The notes: generated by a model from the letters alone, not told the origin. Shown: positions 49,172-62,051, counted from the first letter of the whole stretch. The stretch is 63,896 nt of DNA, filler included, from Lama guanicoe (GCA_013239625.1; 174 parts of 174 records of this genome joined end to end with filler, not necessarily neighbours in it); one strand, 5' to 3'. Numbers and translations: made by a program.

Positions 49172-49639
49172 NNNNNNNNNNNNNNNNNNNNNNNNNNNNN
49201 NNNNNNNNNNNNNNNTTAATTAATTAANNNNNNNNNNNNNNNNNNNNNNNNNNNNNNNNNNNNNNNNNNNNAGGACTTTCACAGAAACAGCAATAGGTAG
49301 AGAGAACTCAAGGAATAATACGGGGGTGGCCTGTGTTTCAGAGGAGGTGACTGTAAGTTTGCTTGTAATGCCTGCCACATCTTTAAAAGAATCGATAAGA
49401 AGCTGCTCATGTTGATTGTCTCCCAGTGGCATCCCTTTTATAGCTGTTAAATTGGGGTCATATTGATGCAGGAAAAATGGATGTGGGGCATGAGCAGGAC
49501 TGTGTCCCAGGTCTCGGGTGAGCCCCTGGATGTGCCCCANNNNNNNNNNNNNNNNNNNNNNNNNNNNNNNNNNNNNNNNNNNNTTAATTAATTAANNNNN
49601 NNNNNNNNNNNNNNNNNNNNNNNNNNNNNNNNNNNNNNN

Positions 49640-49907
49640 AATACAGGCCTAGCTCAGGAAACAAGAAAAATCTCAAGTACACAACCTAACCTTACACCTA
49701 AAGCAGCTGGAAAAAAAGAACAAACAAACCCCAAAGTGCGAAGAAAAGAAATTAAAGATTAGAGAAGAAATAAGTGAAATAAAGACTAAAAATTAAAATC
49801 GGTAACTTAAAAACTCCCAACAAAAAAAGTCCAGGGCCAGATGGCTTCACAGGTGAAATCTACCAAACATTTAAAGAAGAGTTAACACCTATCCTTCTGA
49901 AACTATT
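49640..49907 (+). mobile_element. L1 ORF2 fragment with internal deletion
   Basis: [32 protein letters not shown] joined directly to [32 protein letters not shown]. Confidence 0.88.
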
Positions 49908-50375
49908 NNNNNNNNNNNNNNNNNNNNNNNNNNNNNNNNNNNNNNNNNNNNTTAATTAATTAANNNNNNNNNNNNNNNNNNNNNNNNNNNNNNNNNNNNN
50001 NNNNNNNTTTTTGAATTATTTTTGTTCCTCTAAAATAAAGTGACTTTGGTGGTGATCTCCTGACCAGAGTTTCCTCCTCCCAGTTTTCCCCATGTTCATT
50101 AATGACACCCAACTTGTCTTTTTACTTATGTCTCTTAGCTACTGAAGGGGAGCAATTTCTGACAGATGACCCTGGAGCCCTCCACCCGTGCTTCATTAGT
50201 CCTCGCACCCAGCCACCCACCCTAGACTCCTTTGCCTGAAGTATCTTTCTCTGCTTTTCTGCCTGGAAGTATTCTNNNNNNNNNNNNNNNNNNNNNNNNN
50301 NNNNNNNNNNNNNNNNNNNTTAATTAATTAANNNNNNNNNNNNNNNNNNNNNNNNNNNNNNNNNNNNNNNNNNNN

Positions 50376-50643
50376 AGAGAGAAGTCAATGCCTGGCTTCC
50401 AAGCTTCAAAGCACAGGCTGACTCTCTTGTTAGCAAATAATGCATCTGGTGACTTCAAGGTGAAGCCAATGCTCACTTACCATTCTGCAAATCCTAGGGC
50501 CCTTAAGAATTATGCTAAACCTACTCTGCCTGTGCTCTCTAAATGGAGCGACAAAGCCTGGATGATAGCACATCTGTTGACAACATGATTGACTGGATAT
50601 TTTCAGCTAATTGTTGAGACCTACTGCTCAGGAAAAAAAAAAA
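50376..50643 (+). mobile_element. Tigger1 transposase (pogo/DDE) remnant
   Basis: [83 protein letters not shown]; in-frame stop. Confidence 0.93.
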
Positions 50644-51111
50644 NNNNNNNNNNNNNNNNNNNNNNNNNNNNNNNNNNNNNNNNNNNNTTAATTAATTAAN
50701 NNNNNNNNNNNNNNNNNNNNNNNNNNNNNNNNNNNNNNNNNNNTAGGTTTTCTACTTCTGTGCATTTTCTCCAGTTGGGGAATTCTGTGAATTAGTGGGT
50801 CTCAGGGAGAGCCAAGCATGAGGCCAGAGCTGCCTGGAAGCTTGTCAAGTGATACACCAGGGGAGGTAAGTGGCGATAGGAATGATCCCAGATGAAGTAA
50901 GGGGACGTGCTACTTAGCCACCAAGATCTGCCTCCAGATTTGCCTCTTGTCTTCCCTTCCAGGGACTTGGTCTCTAGCCCTGACCATCCTCGCCTTCCTT
51001 TGGAGAAGGCTNNNNNNNNNNNNNNNNNNNNNNNNNNNNNNNNNNNNNNNNNNNNTTAATTAATTAANNNNNNNNNNNNNNNNNNNNNNNNNNNNNNNNN
51101 NNNNNNNNNNN

Positions 51112-51247
51112 TAGAGTGCATCCTTAGCATGCATGAGGTCCTGGGTTCAATCCCCAGCACCTCCATTAAGTAAGTAAGTAAATAAATAAATAAATAAAAC
51201 TAATTACCTACATCCGCGAAACAAGAAGATTACATATTAAAAAAAAG
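51112..51247 (+). mobile_element. Camelid tRNA-derived SINE (Vic-1 type) with (TAAR)n tail
   Basis: tagagtgcatccttagcatgcatgaggtcctgggttcaatccccagcacctcca + taagtaagtaaataaa..ctaattacct. Confidence 0.85.
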
Positions 51248-51847
51248 GATGCATGGAAGATGGCTACTTGTAGTCTAATATCCATTTTCTATTTAACTCT
51301 ACTGTAAGTATTGGCACTTTAGCCAGGCATATGGCTATCCAACTAAAAACTGCATCCCCCAGCATCCTTTGCTGTCAAGNNNNNNNNNNNNNNNNNNNNN
51401 NNNNNNNNNNNNNNNNNNNNNNNTTAATTAATTAANNNNNNNNNNNNNNNNNNNNNNNNNNNNNNNNNNNNNNNNNNNNCCTTCTCTGAAGAATTTGGGG
51501 AATTTCTCTTGCCTTTGTTGGCAAGTGTGAGGCTGATAATTTTTGTTGATTTACAAGAAAGTATGAAATTGCAGTCCTTCCCCCAACAGCAAATATTTGC
51601 TTTTCTAATATCAAAAATATCAGATCGACTGTTTCCAGGTCCCTCTGTGTACACAGTAACATTTGGCATCAATAATAAATTATAGTGAGATCTTTTTGAA
51701 GACATTTTGAATGACAATGACACTTGACATGTGGGTAACCAACAACANNNNNNNNNNNNNNNNNNNNNNNNNNNNNNNNNNNNNNNNNNNNTTAATTAAT
51801 TAANNNNNNNNNNNNNNNNNNNNNNNNNNNNNNNNNNNNNNNNNNNN

Positions 51848-52115
51848 TTCTGAGTGTGTTTCCTAGTGCCGTTTTGAAGTTCCTGCAATTTTCACTGTAA
51901 AACCGACTTGGAGCTTTTACATCTCCATATATATATTTATGGAGTGGAGTTTGCAACTGAACAGAAACATTGTGTTCTCAACAAGCTAGGTGAAGGACGG
52001 ATTTCACACACGATTAACTCTCGGAACTGAGCATGTGGAGAGACATTCGTTCATCTAGCAAAAAGGGAACGAGTTATAGGAGAAACACTCACTCTGGTTT
52101 CTCAGTGTGTTTCCT
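51848..52115 (-). repeat. ~250-bp satellite monomer, copy 4
   Basis: ttctgagtgtgtttcct at 51848 recurs as ttctcagtgtgtttcct at 52099 (period 251); reverse complement is colinear with 26095-26360. Confidence 0.9.
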
Positions 52116-52215
52116 NNNNNNNNNNNNNNNNNNNNNNNNNNNNNNNNNNNNNNNNNNNNTTAATTAATTAANNNNNNNNNNNNNNNNNNNNNNNNNNNNN
52201 NNNNNNNNNNNNNNN

Positions 52216-52483
52216 TTCTGTATTCTGTATTCTATATTCTGTATTCTAAATTCTATATTCTCTATTCTGTATTCTATATTCAAATTTCTGGGTTCTGCAT
52301 TCCATGTTCTAAATTCTAGGTTCTGCATTCTGTATACTGTATTGTATATACTGTGTTGTAATTTATGTATTCTACATTCTTTATTCTGTAGTCTATATTC
52401 TAATTTCTGAGTTCTGAAATCCATGTTCTAATTTCTGGGTTATGTGTTCTGTATTCTATATTCTGAATTCTTTGTTCTGCATT
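52216..52483. repeat. Degenerate 7-bp tandem repeat (TTCTRTA-like)
   Basis: ttctgta ttctgta ttctata ttctgta ttctaaa ttctata...; 7-bp phase held across the whole contig. Confidence 0.92.
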
Positions 52484-55400
52484 NNNNNNNNNNNNNNNNN
52501 NNNNNNNNNNNNNNNNNNNNNNNNNNNTTAATTAATTAANNNNNNNNNNNNNNNNNNNNNNNNNNNNNNNNNNNNNNNNNNNNAAAAAAAAAATTACCAT
52601 AAAACCTCTGAGAATAGAGCTCCAGTTATAAGGGTAAAGCAGAGTTTCATCCATCACTGTTTCGTGTTTATTGCCATATCTAATCTGTAAATAAATTAGG
52701 CCCAGAGGCAGTTACCTGTTTCTTCCCCTAGCAGAATATTCCACCGAAATGTGGCGTAAATCTTACAGATATCTCTAAACGGATCCAACTTCTTTCTTCC
52801 ATGTAAGTTCCCTCGATTCACATCATGTGGGTGTTAATGGAAAAGATCTCGNNNNNNNNNNNNNNNNNNNNNNNNNNNNNNNNNNNNNNNNNNNNTTAAT
52901 TAATTAANNNNNNNNNNNNNNNNNNNNNNNNNNNNNNNNNNNNNNNNNNNNACTCAGGTCTAGACACAGGTATTTAGAAATACTTCCCTGAGATTCTGAT
53001 GCAACCCTTGGTTAAGGACTATTGAATGGATACGTGTAATGCATGTAAATTCACAGATCTCAAAAGTAAGACATTTCTGGAAGAGCGGGGGTTTGAGAGA
53101 TGCTGCTGCTTTCAGTGCTCTCCTTTGCAGCCATGTTAGCCTGACTTTTACCCATCTCTTCCTTTGTGACTGAGGAGTTTATTGGCAATATTACTGGCAG
53201 TATCTGTTGCCTTGAAGAANNNNNNNNNNNNNNNNNNNNNNNNNNNNNNNNNNNNNNNNNNNNTTAATTAATTAANNNNNNNNNNNNNNNNNNNNNNNNN
53301 NNNNNNNNNNNNNNNNNNNAAAAAAATTGCCAGAGATCTTTTTTTGACCCAGGAAATGTCAGACCCAGCAGGCTTTTAGATGCCAAGCAATCTAGGCCCT
53401 TTCCTAGAGGAGCTGTGATGCAGTGGTTGCTCCAGCCTGCCAAGACAGGAGGTCAAGGACAGTAATGGCAGGCGGCCAGTATCTAGAAGACAGATTCAAA
53501 ACCTGCTGCAGGTGCTTTGTGAGAAAACTGGGAGCAAATGAAATGGTCCAATAGTAGGCAAATGTGTTTAAATAAACAATGAAAAAANNNNNNNNNNNNN
53601 NNNNNNNNNNNNNNNNNNNNNNNNNNNNNNNTTAATTAATTAANNNNNNNNNNNNNNNNNNNNNNNNNNNNNNNNNNNNNNNNNNNNCGAGGAATGCTGA
53701 CGGACAACAGCCTAACTTTCAGACAGCGTGTGCCTGCCCCGGGGACACGCCCGTCACTGCACAGGAGGTGAGTGAGGGGGACATTCCACAGTGGGGGGGC
53801 TCTCCTGTCAACAAAGGCACTGCACGCACCCAGGCCTCTCGGCCCAGGCTACCAAGACCAACCACCAGACTCAAGGCTTCTGTGGCTCGGGGGACGGACA
53901 GCGGGAGCCCAGCCCGGAACCTCTGAATGTGGGAAGATGAAGATGGGAAAAGTGANNNNNNNNNNNNNNNNNNNNNNNNNNNNNNNNNNNNNNNNNNNNT
54001 TAATTAATTAANNNNNNNNNNNNNNNNNNNNNNNNNNNNNNNNNNNNNNNNNNNNTACAATTATTAGGTTCTGAATTCCATACCATGGCCTGTGGGGAGC
54101 TGGAGAAGGAGGCGAAATCAAACGTTCTAAATCTAAAGGACTTATAATTGGAAGGAGAGACGTGCACGTAAGTCCATATATAAGAAAAATATTTAACTTT
54201 GCTTCATCTTATCTTCTAGTAAAATACTGTTAAAAAGTGACTATTTGTTAATCTAATACTATTAACATGATTCCTGCTAAAGAAATTATTAAAGTTATAT
54301 TGAGAAAAGGATAAATGGCACAANNNNNNNNNNNNNNNNNNNNNNNNNNNNNNNNNNNNNNNNNNNNTTAATTAATTAANNNNNNNNNNNNNNNNNNNNN
54401 NNNNNNNNNNNNNNNNNNNNNNNAATCCCACTCCTTCTCTGGGCCTCCTCTCCTCTTATTCCAGAAGGGTGGGACCAAGGAATCTCTATCTAGATCTGAG
54501 CTGATATTCAGGATCTGAAATGGCCAAGGTGGGGAGAAGGGCAGACAAGAGATGAGACGGGAAGGTGTAGATGGGAAAGACCAAAGAGGCGTAGCCTTGG
54601 TGACCACAACCTGCCCCCCAAACCTCAAGTGTCACCTCCCCCAGGAGGCCTTCTCTGATCCTCTTTGGTGTTTGTCCCTCCTTTGTACTCANNNNNNNNN
54701 NNNNNNNNNNNNNNNNNNNNNNNNNNNNNNNNNNNTTAATTAATTAANNNNNNNNNNNNNNNNNNNNNNNNNNNNNNNNNNNNNNNNNNNNAAAAAAAAT
54801 TAGTGGTAGAATTAAGTATGGGATGAAATATTTTCCAAAATGTGACCTGAAATACAGGTAACAAAAAGCAAAGAACACAAACTGAACTTAAATAGGAGAA
54901 AAGGAACTTGGCCCTGTGATCCTTCACCATCATGAGTGTATCTGATGCCTCAAGCATCAGATTATATCAGCTAATACCTACAGTATGTGTACATCAAATA
55001 TATGCTTTTCTTTAGCTTTTCTACTCATCTTCAACAGGAGATGGTCCAATGGTCCAGACNNNNNNNNNNNNNNNNNNNNNNNNNNNNNNNNNNNNNNNNN
55101 NNNTTAATTAATTAANNNNNNNNNNNNNNNNNNNNNNNNNNNNNNNNNNNNNNNNNNNNACCTCCTTACTGCCCCTCAGCTCCCAGTCCTGGGAGCCGCC
55201 TCCAGCCAGATCCCACGTCCACCACCAGCCAGTTGGAATTAACCATGAGAAGCCTGTACAAAATACAGGTTTCTCTCCACCGGTGCCCTTGCCTTCCCCA
55301 GCGTCACGGAGAGCCAGTGAGTATAACAAGGCTGAGGAATTTACATTTTTGAAGTAGCTCCGTTGATTCCAGTACAGATAGGCTAAAAATCACACTGCAG

Positions 55401-56631
55401 GGGAACAGTGCCCCCGAGCAGCAGACTNNNNNNNNNNNNNNNNNNNNNNNNNNNNNNNNNNNNNNNNNNNNTTAATTAATTAANNNNNNNNNNNNNNNNN
55501 NNNNNNNNNNNNNNNNNNNNNNNNNNNTGTGAAGGTCATGGCGCGTGTGATCCTGGACGGCATCTGGGGGGGAAATGAAATCCAAAAACCCACAACGCAA
55601 ATGTTGCTCTAAAGGGTACTACTGAGATAATTAGCTGAATGTGAATATAACCTGTAGACTAGGTAACAGTTTATCTTTGTTAATTTCTGATTTTTAGCAA
55701 GTATACCATGGCTGCATAAGAGGATGTCCTTGTTTAAGGGGATGTGCAGAGGTACTTAGACGTAGAAAGGCCTCACGTCTGCAACTTACTCTCAANNNNN
55801 NNNNNNNNNNNNNNNNNNNNNNNNNNNNNNNNNNNNNNNTTAATTAATTAANNNNNNNNNNNNNNNNNNNNNNNNNNNNNNNNNNNNNNNNNNNNTTTTT
55901 TTTAATTGTTTTTAATTGCAAAGGGAGAAAGGAATGAGAAGAAAGGAAAAGCCCTAGTAGATTTCTAAAACCCAAGCAGCCTTTGTAGGACAATACTGTC
56001 AATGGAAAAAAAGCCCTGGGTATGGGGTGAATGAAAGAATTTTTAAAACTTAGGGATGTTCAATTTTAAAATATTTGGTATTGGCTACATAATTGCCACC
56101 ATTATGCCAACTTGTCTTACATTTTACTAAATCGTCAGTAAAGTCTCCTATATCCAAAAGCTTNNNNNNNNNNNNNNNNNNNNNNNNNNNNNNNNNNNNN
56201 NNNNNNNTTAATTAATTAANNNNNNNNNNNNNNNNNNNNNNNNNNNNNNNNNNNNNNNNNNNNTTTCGTTCTGAGCGAATAATTCTCCTGTGTTATCATC
56301 AGGCTTCCTGAAAGGATCAGATGCTCATTCATTTGGACATTTTCAAATCATCAAGAAAAACTTAACAAATCCCAGAGTTTGATTTTAGCTTTAGTCTTTG
56401 CATGTTTTGAAGTCTCTTATACTCTACATATGTGGACTAGGTCTAAAAGCCCTCAGATTAATCAAAATCCCTGTGGACTCCGCAACTCTTGGTAAGTGAA
56501 GTAGGTAAAAGAGGTCAGGTAATTTTTTTTTNNNNNNNNNNNNNNNNNNNNNNNNNNNNNNNNNNNNNNNNNNNNTTAATTAATTAANNNNNNNNNNNNN
56601 NNNNNNNNNNNNNNNNNNNNNNNNNNNNNNN

Positions 56632-56899
56632 GCCCCATCCCGGGTTTCCTCGGGTCCCCCAGCTCGTGGGGCCGAGCGGAGAAAGTCACCTCTCCGTGAA
56701 GCCCTGCTTGGTGCTCGCTCCCGCACCCCTGGGAGCCTCGTGAGCCAGGGCCCCGCGCAAGGCTGCCACGGGTGCCCCCGCCACCAGCAGCCCTAGCGGT
56801 GCCCCAGCTGTCCTTTTCTCCGCGCAGCCCTCGCCCCGCCTCCAAAACCCCAATGGCTCCCGCGTCCCCCACCGGGTCCTAGCGCGGCTTTGGGCCGGC
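56632..56899. promoter_or_regulatory. CpG island fragment
   Basis: High GC and CpG density. Confidence 0.5.
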
Positions 56900-59800
56900 N
56901 NNNNNNNNNNNNNNNNNNNNNNNNNNNNNNNNNNNNNNNNNNNTTAATTAATTAANNNNNNNNNNNNNNNNNNNNNNNNNNNNNNNNNNNNNNNNNNNNT
57001 ATTATATGAGCCAATTTCTTACAGTAAGTGAATGCATATCCATATCCTATTTTATTGATGGACAATTCTGACGGATATGGACCTGTACATTACACTTCGA
57101 TCATCCAGGGACTGCTTGTGCCCAGATATTTTAATGTGTACTAAAATCTTGAAGAAAAAGTAATATTCACTTAATATTTTATTTATAAAATTTTGAATCT
57201 AAATTTTCATATAGGCTTATGTCATTACAATAGGTTTATCTTGATGCATATTAATAGGGATATATTANNNNNNNNNNNNNNNNNNNNNNNNNNNNNNNNN
57301 NNNNNNNNNNNTTAATTAATTAANNNNNNNNNNNNNNNNNNNNNNNNNNNNNNNNNNNNNNNNNNNNGGGAGGCTAACTTTTCCCCACTTCATCAAGAAG
57401 CTTCCCTGACTCTGGTCTCCTACTGGGTTCAGCCAAAGGGAGTCACCAGCAGGAGAGGAGAGGGTAGGAGGAGAGTGAGTCAGGTGGGGGATTTATCCCC
57501 AGCTCCCTCCCTCCCAGGTCACTTCAGGTTGACTGCGTTTTTCTACCTAAGACCACAGGTGCTGTTAGGCGACTTTGCTGGGCTCCGTTAACCACTTCCT
57601 CCCACTGCTCTTGAAGCTCCAAGCCCCAGGGAACTNNNNNNNNNNNNNNNNNNNNNNNNNNNNNNNNNNNNNNNNNNNNTTAATTAATTAANNNNNNNNN
57701 NNNNNNNNNNNNNNNNNNNNNNNNNNNNNNNNNNNCTGAATAACTTTTTCAGCACCCTGAGATTTTTAGCCCCAAGGACTGCTTAGAATTAAAAGAGAAT
57801 ATAAAGTTAAAGACTGTAAGAAAACTATTTTAAAAGTTTTAATTTTATTTTTATGCAGACTCTGGCTGAATTTTTGAAGGTAATTAGTTGGTCAGATGCC
57901 AGAAGTGGTAAATATTTTATACTTGCTCATGGAAACAGGTAGCTGGAATGCAAATTTGTACACATCATCAAAAAGGAGACAATTAACATCCATGCTAATG
58001 TATNNNNNNNNNNNNNNNNNNNNNNNNNNNNNNNNNNNNNNNNNNNNTTAATTAATTAANNNNNNNNNNNNNNNNNNNNNNNNNNNNNNNNNNNNNNNNN
58101 NNNTAATAATTAAGCAGATCTTTGTACTCATTTCTCTGCTCCAAAGCTGCTCCAGTCTAAAAGGCTAGTGTCTTTCCAAGAGTCATCAAAAGAGTTACAG
58201 TATAGATGGTGTCAGATGAAAAAGAAAGTTGTAGCTTTATTCCTCATTCAGCTGACATGGATTAAGGCAATTTACTTCTTAGTGCTAATTGTTCCCTGTC
58301 AATAATGGAGGTTGAATCTTCGGGGAGGAGTGTTGTTGCTTTATTACAGGTAGCTGATGAGTCAATAATCCNNNNNNNNNNNNNNNNNNNNNNNNNNNNN
58401 NNNNNNNNNNNNNNNTTAATTAATTAANNNNNNNNNNNNNNNNNNNNNNNNNNNNNNNNNNNNNNNNNNNNTGTTTTTTATGAATCCAGCCACAAGAACT
58501 CAAGAGTTGTAGAGGGGGAACTCCCGCCCCACCCACCCCCATCCTTTTTCCTTATTTGTGTTACAGTTGTGCTTCTTACAGAAGTAGAAGCACTTTGCTG
58601 GTGTAGTACGAGTTGGGGTTAGAACTGCCTATCTGTTCTGTAATTCTTCCAAGAGCCTCAGGGGCTTCCCAGGAGTGGAAGGGTGGAGCATGTTGGCAAC
58701 AATATTGTATGCAATTACTGTTTCTTCACATCTTGCTCTNNNNNNNNNNNNNNNNNNNNNNNNNNNNNNNNNNNNNNNNNNNNTTAATTAATTAANNNNN
58801 NNNNNNNNNNNNNNNNNNNNNNNNNNNNNNNNNNNNNNNTGTGTCTCATCTTTAAATTCTTTCTGTGATGAGGCAAGGATCTAATCAATGGCAACAATAT
58901 GACTTCACTTTACTATCTGATTGGGCAGGAAGATGCCTCCCACTGCCAACCATCCTATGCACATGCCATTTTTCTATCTGTTTCTGTGTTTCTGACTTGC
59001 TGGAGTCTTTTGCCAGTTTATTCTCCCAGATGACCTTCAGACTCACTGAGTCATGGTCCAAGAAAAATCTCACAAAATTTTTTCTTGGAATTGCATTAAA
59101 ATGTAAANNNNNNNNNNNNNNNNNNNNNNNNNNNNNNNNNNNNNNNNNNNNTTAATTAATTAANNNNNNNNNNNNNNNNNNNNNNNNNNNNNNNNNNNNN
59201 NNNNNNNAAAAAAAAACTTATGTAAATTCTGGTAAGCCTTTGACCATGTGACTCGTGGCATTCTCCCTCATTCAGAATTAATTTTCTCCCATACCTATAT
59301 TTGATTTCAATTAAAATAAAAAAGACAGCTTGCTTAATCTTTCCCATGAACGGATACGGTGTATACCTGAGTGAACGGGACAATTTTCCTTATAAATTAT
59401 GTATAAAAATCCTCAACTGCCACCTCTCTCTTAGAGATGTGAAGAAAATTCAATTTCTCTTAGCTTATTTTTTTTNNNNNNNNNNNNNNNNNNNNNNNNN
59501 NNNNNNNNNNNNNNNNNNNTTAATTAATTAANNNNNNNNNNNNNNNNNNNNNNNNNNNNNNNNNNNNNNNNNNNNGAGCTTACAGCTTCATCGGGGCTGA
59601 CCAGGAAGTCACTGCGAGGTGCGACCTGGGGTGCGAGGTGAACAATGGACTTCCAGCCTTCTAGATGCTGCCAGGCCTTTTTGTCTTCGGGCCTGGGAGT
59701 TTCTTAGCTTAGCAGGAAATTAACCGTCGTGTGTGCTTCAGCACAAAAAGGAGAACGCATAGGCGGCCCTTGGTTTCCAAAGACCTACAAGGTTCACGGG

Positions 59801-59943
59801 GCTGTGTGAATGAGAGGGGAGAACAGGGGCAGGGCTCAGGAAGNNNNNNNNNNNNNNNNNNNNNNNNNNNNNNNNNNNNNNNNNNNNTTAATTAATTAAN
59901 NNNNNNNNNNNNNNNNNNNNNNNNNNNNNNNNNNNNNNNNNNN

Positions 59944-60211
59944 GCCAGAAAGAGAAAGAAAAATATCATATGATATCACTCATATGTGGAATGTAAAAAA
60001 AAAAGAAGACAAATGAACTTATATATAAAAAAGAAACAGACTCACGTAGAATACAGACTTGTGGTTGCCAAGGGAGAGGGGGTTGGGAAGGGATAAACTG
60101 GAAGCTCGAGATTTTCAGATACTGACTGGTATATATAAAATAGATAAATAAGTTTATACTCCATAGCACAGGGAAATATATTCAATATCTTGTAGTAGCT
60201 AATGGTGAAAA
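59944..60211 (+). mobile_element. L1 3'UTR (camelid-type)
   Basis: gccagaaagagaaagaaaaatatcatatgatatcactcatatgtggaat...tagcacagggaaatatattcaatatcttgtagta. Confidence 0.88.
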
Positions 60212-61047
60212 NNNNNNNNNNNNNNNNNNNNNNNNNNNNNNNNNNNNNNNNNNNNTTAATTAATTAANNNNNNNNNNNNNNNNNNNNNNNNNNNNNNNNN
60301 NNNNNNNNNNNGAAGAGGTAACCTGCAGGTACAGCACAGAGTTGTCTACCTGGGTAATGGATCAAAGAGTTTTTAGATGGACTTTTGCTATTGAGACTTT
60401 TCAGTCTCAATTATTTCATCTGTAAACTGTAAATAGTAAAGTATATCTCCTTTGGGATTCGATAAAGACTATGTGAAGAACTGTCATCACATGGAAAGCT
60501 CGGTATATATTTTGTATCATAGCTTCTATTTTCCTAAATACTGTCCCTATCCAAACATACGCTTTCTTAGTTTAGCTGTNNNNNNNNNNNNNNNNNNNNN
60601 NNNNNNNNNNNNNNNNNNNNNNNTTAATTAATTAANNNNNNNNNNNNNNNNNNNNNNNNNNNNNNNNNNNNNNNNNNNNATTTAATATCTCGGAGCTACA
60701 ATTTTGTTATGGGATGAATGAATATAAAAATAGTACCTGCCTCCTATGATTTTTTGAAAGGATTAAATGAAATAATTTATGGAGAGAACTTGCCATATTT
60801 CGTGGTACATATTTCACAATAAAAAAGTTACTGATTTTACTGGTTAGTGGTGATGATGACGATGAATATATAACACAAATCCTGAATCATTATGATTCAT
60901 GTTTGTCAGAATGGTAGAATTTAATTAAGAAACTTAACAGTTTTTTTNNNNNNNNNNNNNNNNNNNNNNNNNNNNNNNNNNNNNNNNNNNNTTAATTAAT
61001 TAANNNNNNNNNNNNNNNNNNNNNNNNNNNNNNNNNNNNNNNNNNNN

Positions 61048-61289
61048 GCCGCCGCCGCCGCTGTTTGCCGCCGCCGCCGCTGCTGCACCGCCCCCGCTTG
61101 CCGCCGCCGCTGCTGCGATGCCGCCGCCGCTGCCCTGCCGCCGGGTCCCAGCTGCGGGCGGTCTGGTCTGCTCGTGTCAGCGTCCGCGCTTTTCCGGTTT
61201 TGACTGCGTTTCTCACAGGCCCTGGAGACTAATGAACTTCGGCCTCTGGTACATTTTCCGCTAGCCTTGAGATCATCGTTCTCCGTGTG
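61048..61289 (+). promoter_or_regulatory. GCC-repeat-rich CpG island, probable 5'UTR first exon ending at a GTGAGT donor (61290)
   Basis: Interrupted (GCC)n/(GCT)n tract 61048-61143, ETS-like TTCCGG, consensus donor G|GTGAGT. Confidence 0.5.
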
Positions 61290-61985
61290 GTGAGTTGAGC
61301 TATCCGGGTCTGGGTNNNNNNNNNNNNNNNNNNNNNNNNNNNNNNNNNNNNNNNNNNNNTTAATTAATTAANNNNNNNNNNNNNNNNNNNNNNNNNNNNN
61401 NNNNNNNNNNNNNNNTTAACTGAAGCATCATTTTGGTAAGAAAGTTTAGCAGAGGAAGAAGTTTAAGTGTCACTATGGGGTAACAGGACTGGTTTAAAGG
61501 AAAAAAACTGGTACACTAGTACCTTCCTTATGAATAACTGCATGCCAGCCACTGTTTGGGTTGGGAGTGGGACCTAGTCTTCAGTTTTTCTGCAGCAAAG
61601 AAAAGGACTGCCACACACTGCTCCTCTCTGTTTGAGAAGGGTAAAGGCCTAGATTTTATTCCTGGCATCTGAGTTTAACTCGTGNNNNNNNNNNNNNNNN
61701 NNNNNNNNNNNNNNNNNNNNNNNNNNNNTTAATTAATTAANNNNNNNNNNNNNNNNNNNNNNNNNNNNNNNNNNNNNNNNNNNNAGTTTATATTCCCTCC
61801 AACAGTGTACGGGGATAATTGCCTTTTTTTTTTTTAATGGGGAAATTAATAGTACGTACCTCCTGGGATTGTTGTGAGGATTAGACAAGTTGATGTATTA
61901 AAAGGCTTAGAATAGAGCCTGATGCTTAGTTAAATGCTGAGTACTTATTAAATCTACATTTATTTTGGGAGGTGGTAATTAGGTG

Positions 61986-62051
61986 TTTTTTTTTTTTAAG
62001 CAGAGGTACTGGGGATTGAACCCAGGACCTCATGCATGCCAAGCATGCGCT
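61986..62051 (-). mobile_element. Camelid tRNA-derived SINE (Vic-1 type)
   Basis: poly-T then gaggtactggggattgaacccaggacctcatgcatgccaagcatgcgct, the reverse complement of the 51112 element. Confidence 0.85.

Noticed and set aside
50388..50588. Possible domesticated TIGD/CENP-B-like gene
   Set aside because: An in-frame stop falls inside the conserved transposase sequence, so it is a decayed Tigger1 copy
51112..51165. Possible tRNA gene (B-box GGTTCAATCCC)
   Set aside because: It continues into a TAAA tail and recurs in diverged copies, so it is a tRNA-derived SINE
51480..51747. Long open frames on both strands of one insert
   Set aside because: No recognisable motif or splice context; compatible with chance given the number of frames examined
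52040..52075. CENP-B box in the 250-bp satellite (TTCGTT...GGGA)
   Set aside because: Spacing does not fit TTCGNNNNANNCGGG
52164..52424. Repetitive ORF EYRIQNIEYRIQ resembling a coiled-coil repeat protein
   Set aside because: It is simply the translation of a 7-bp tandem repeat
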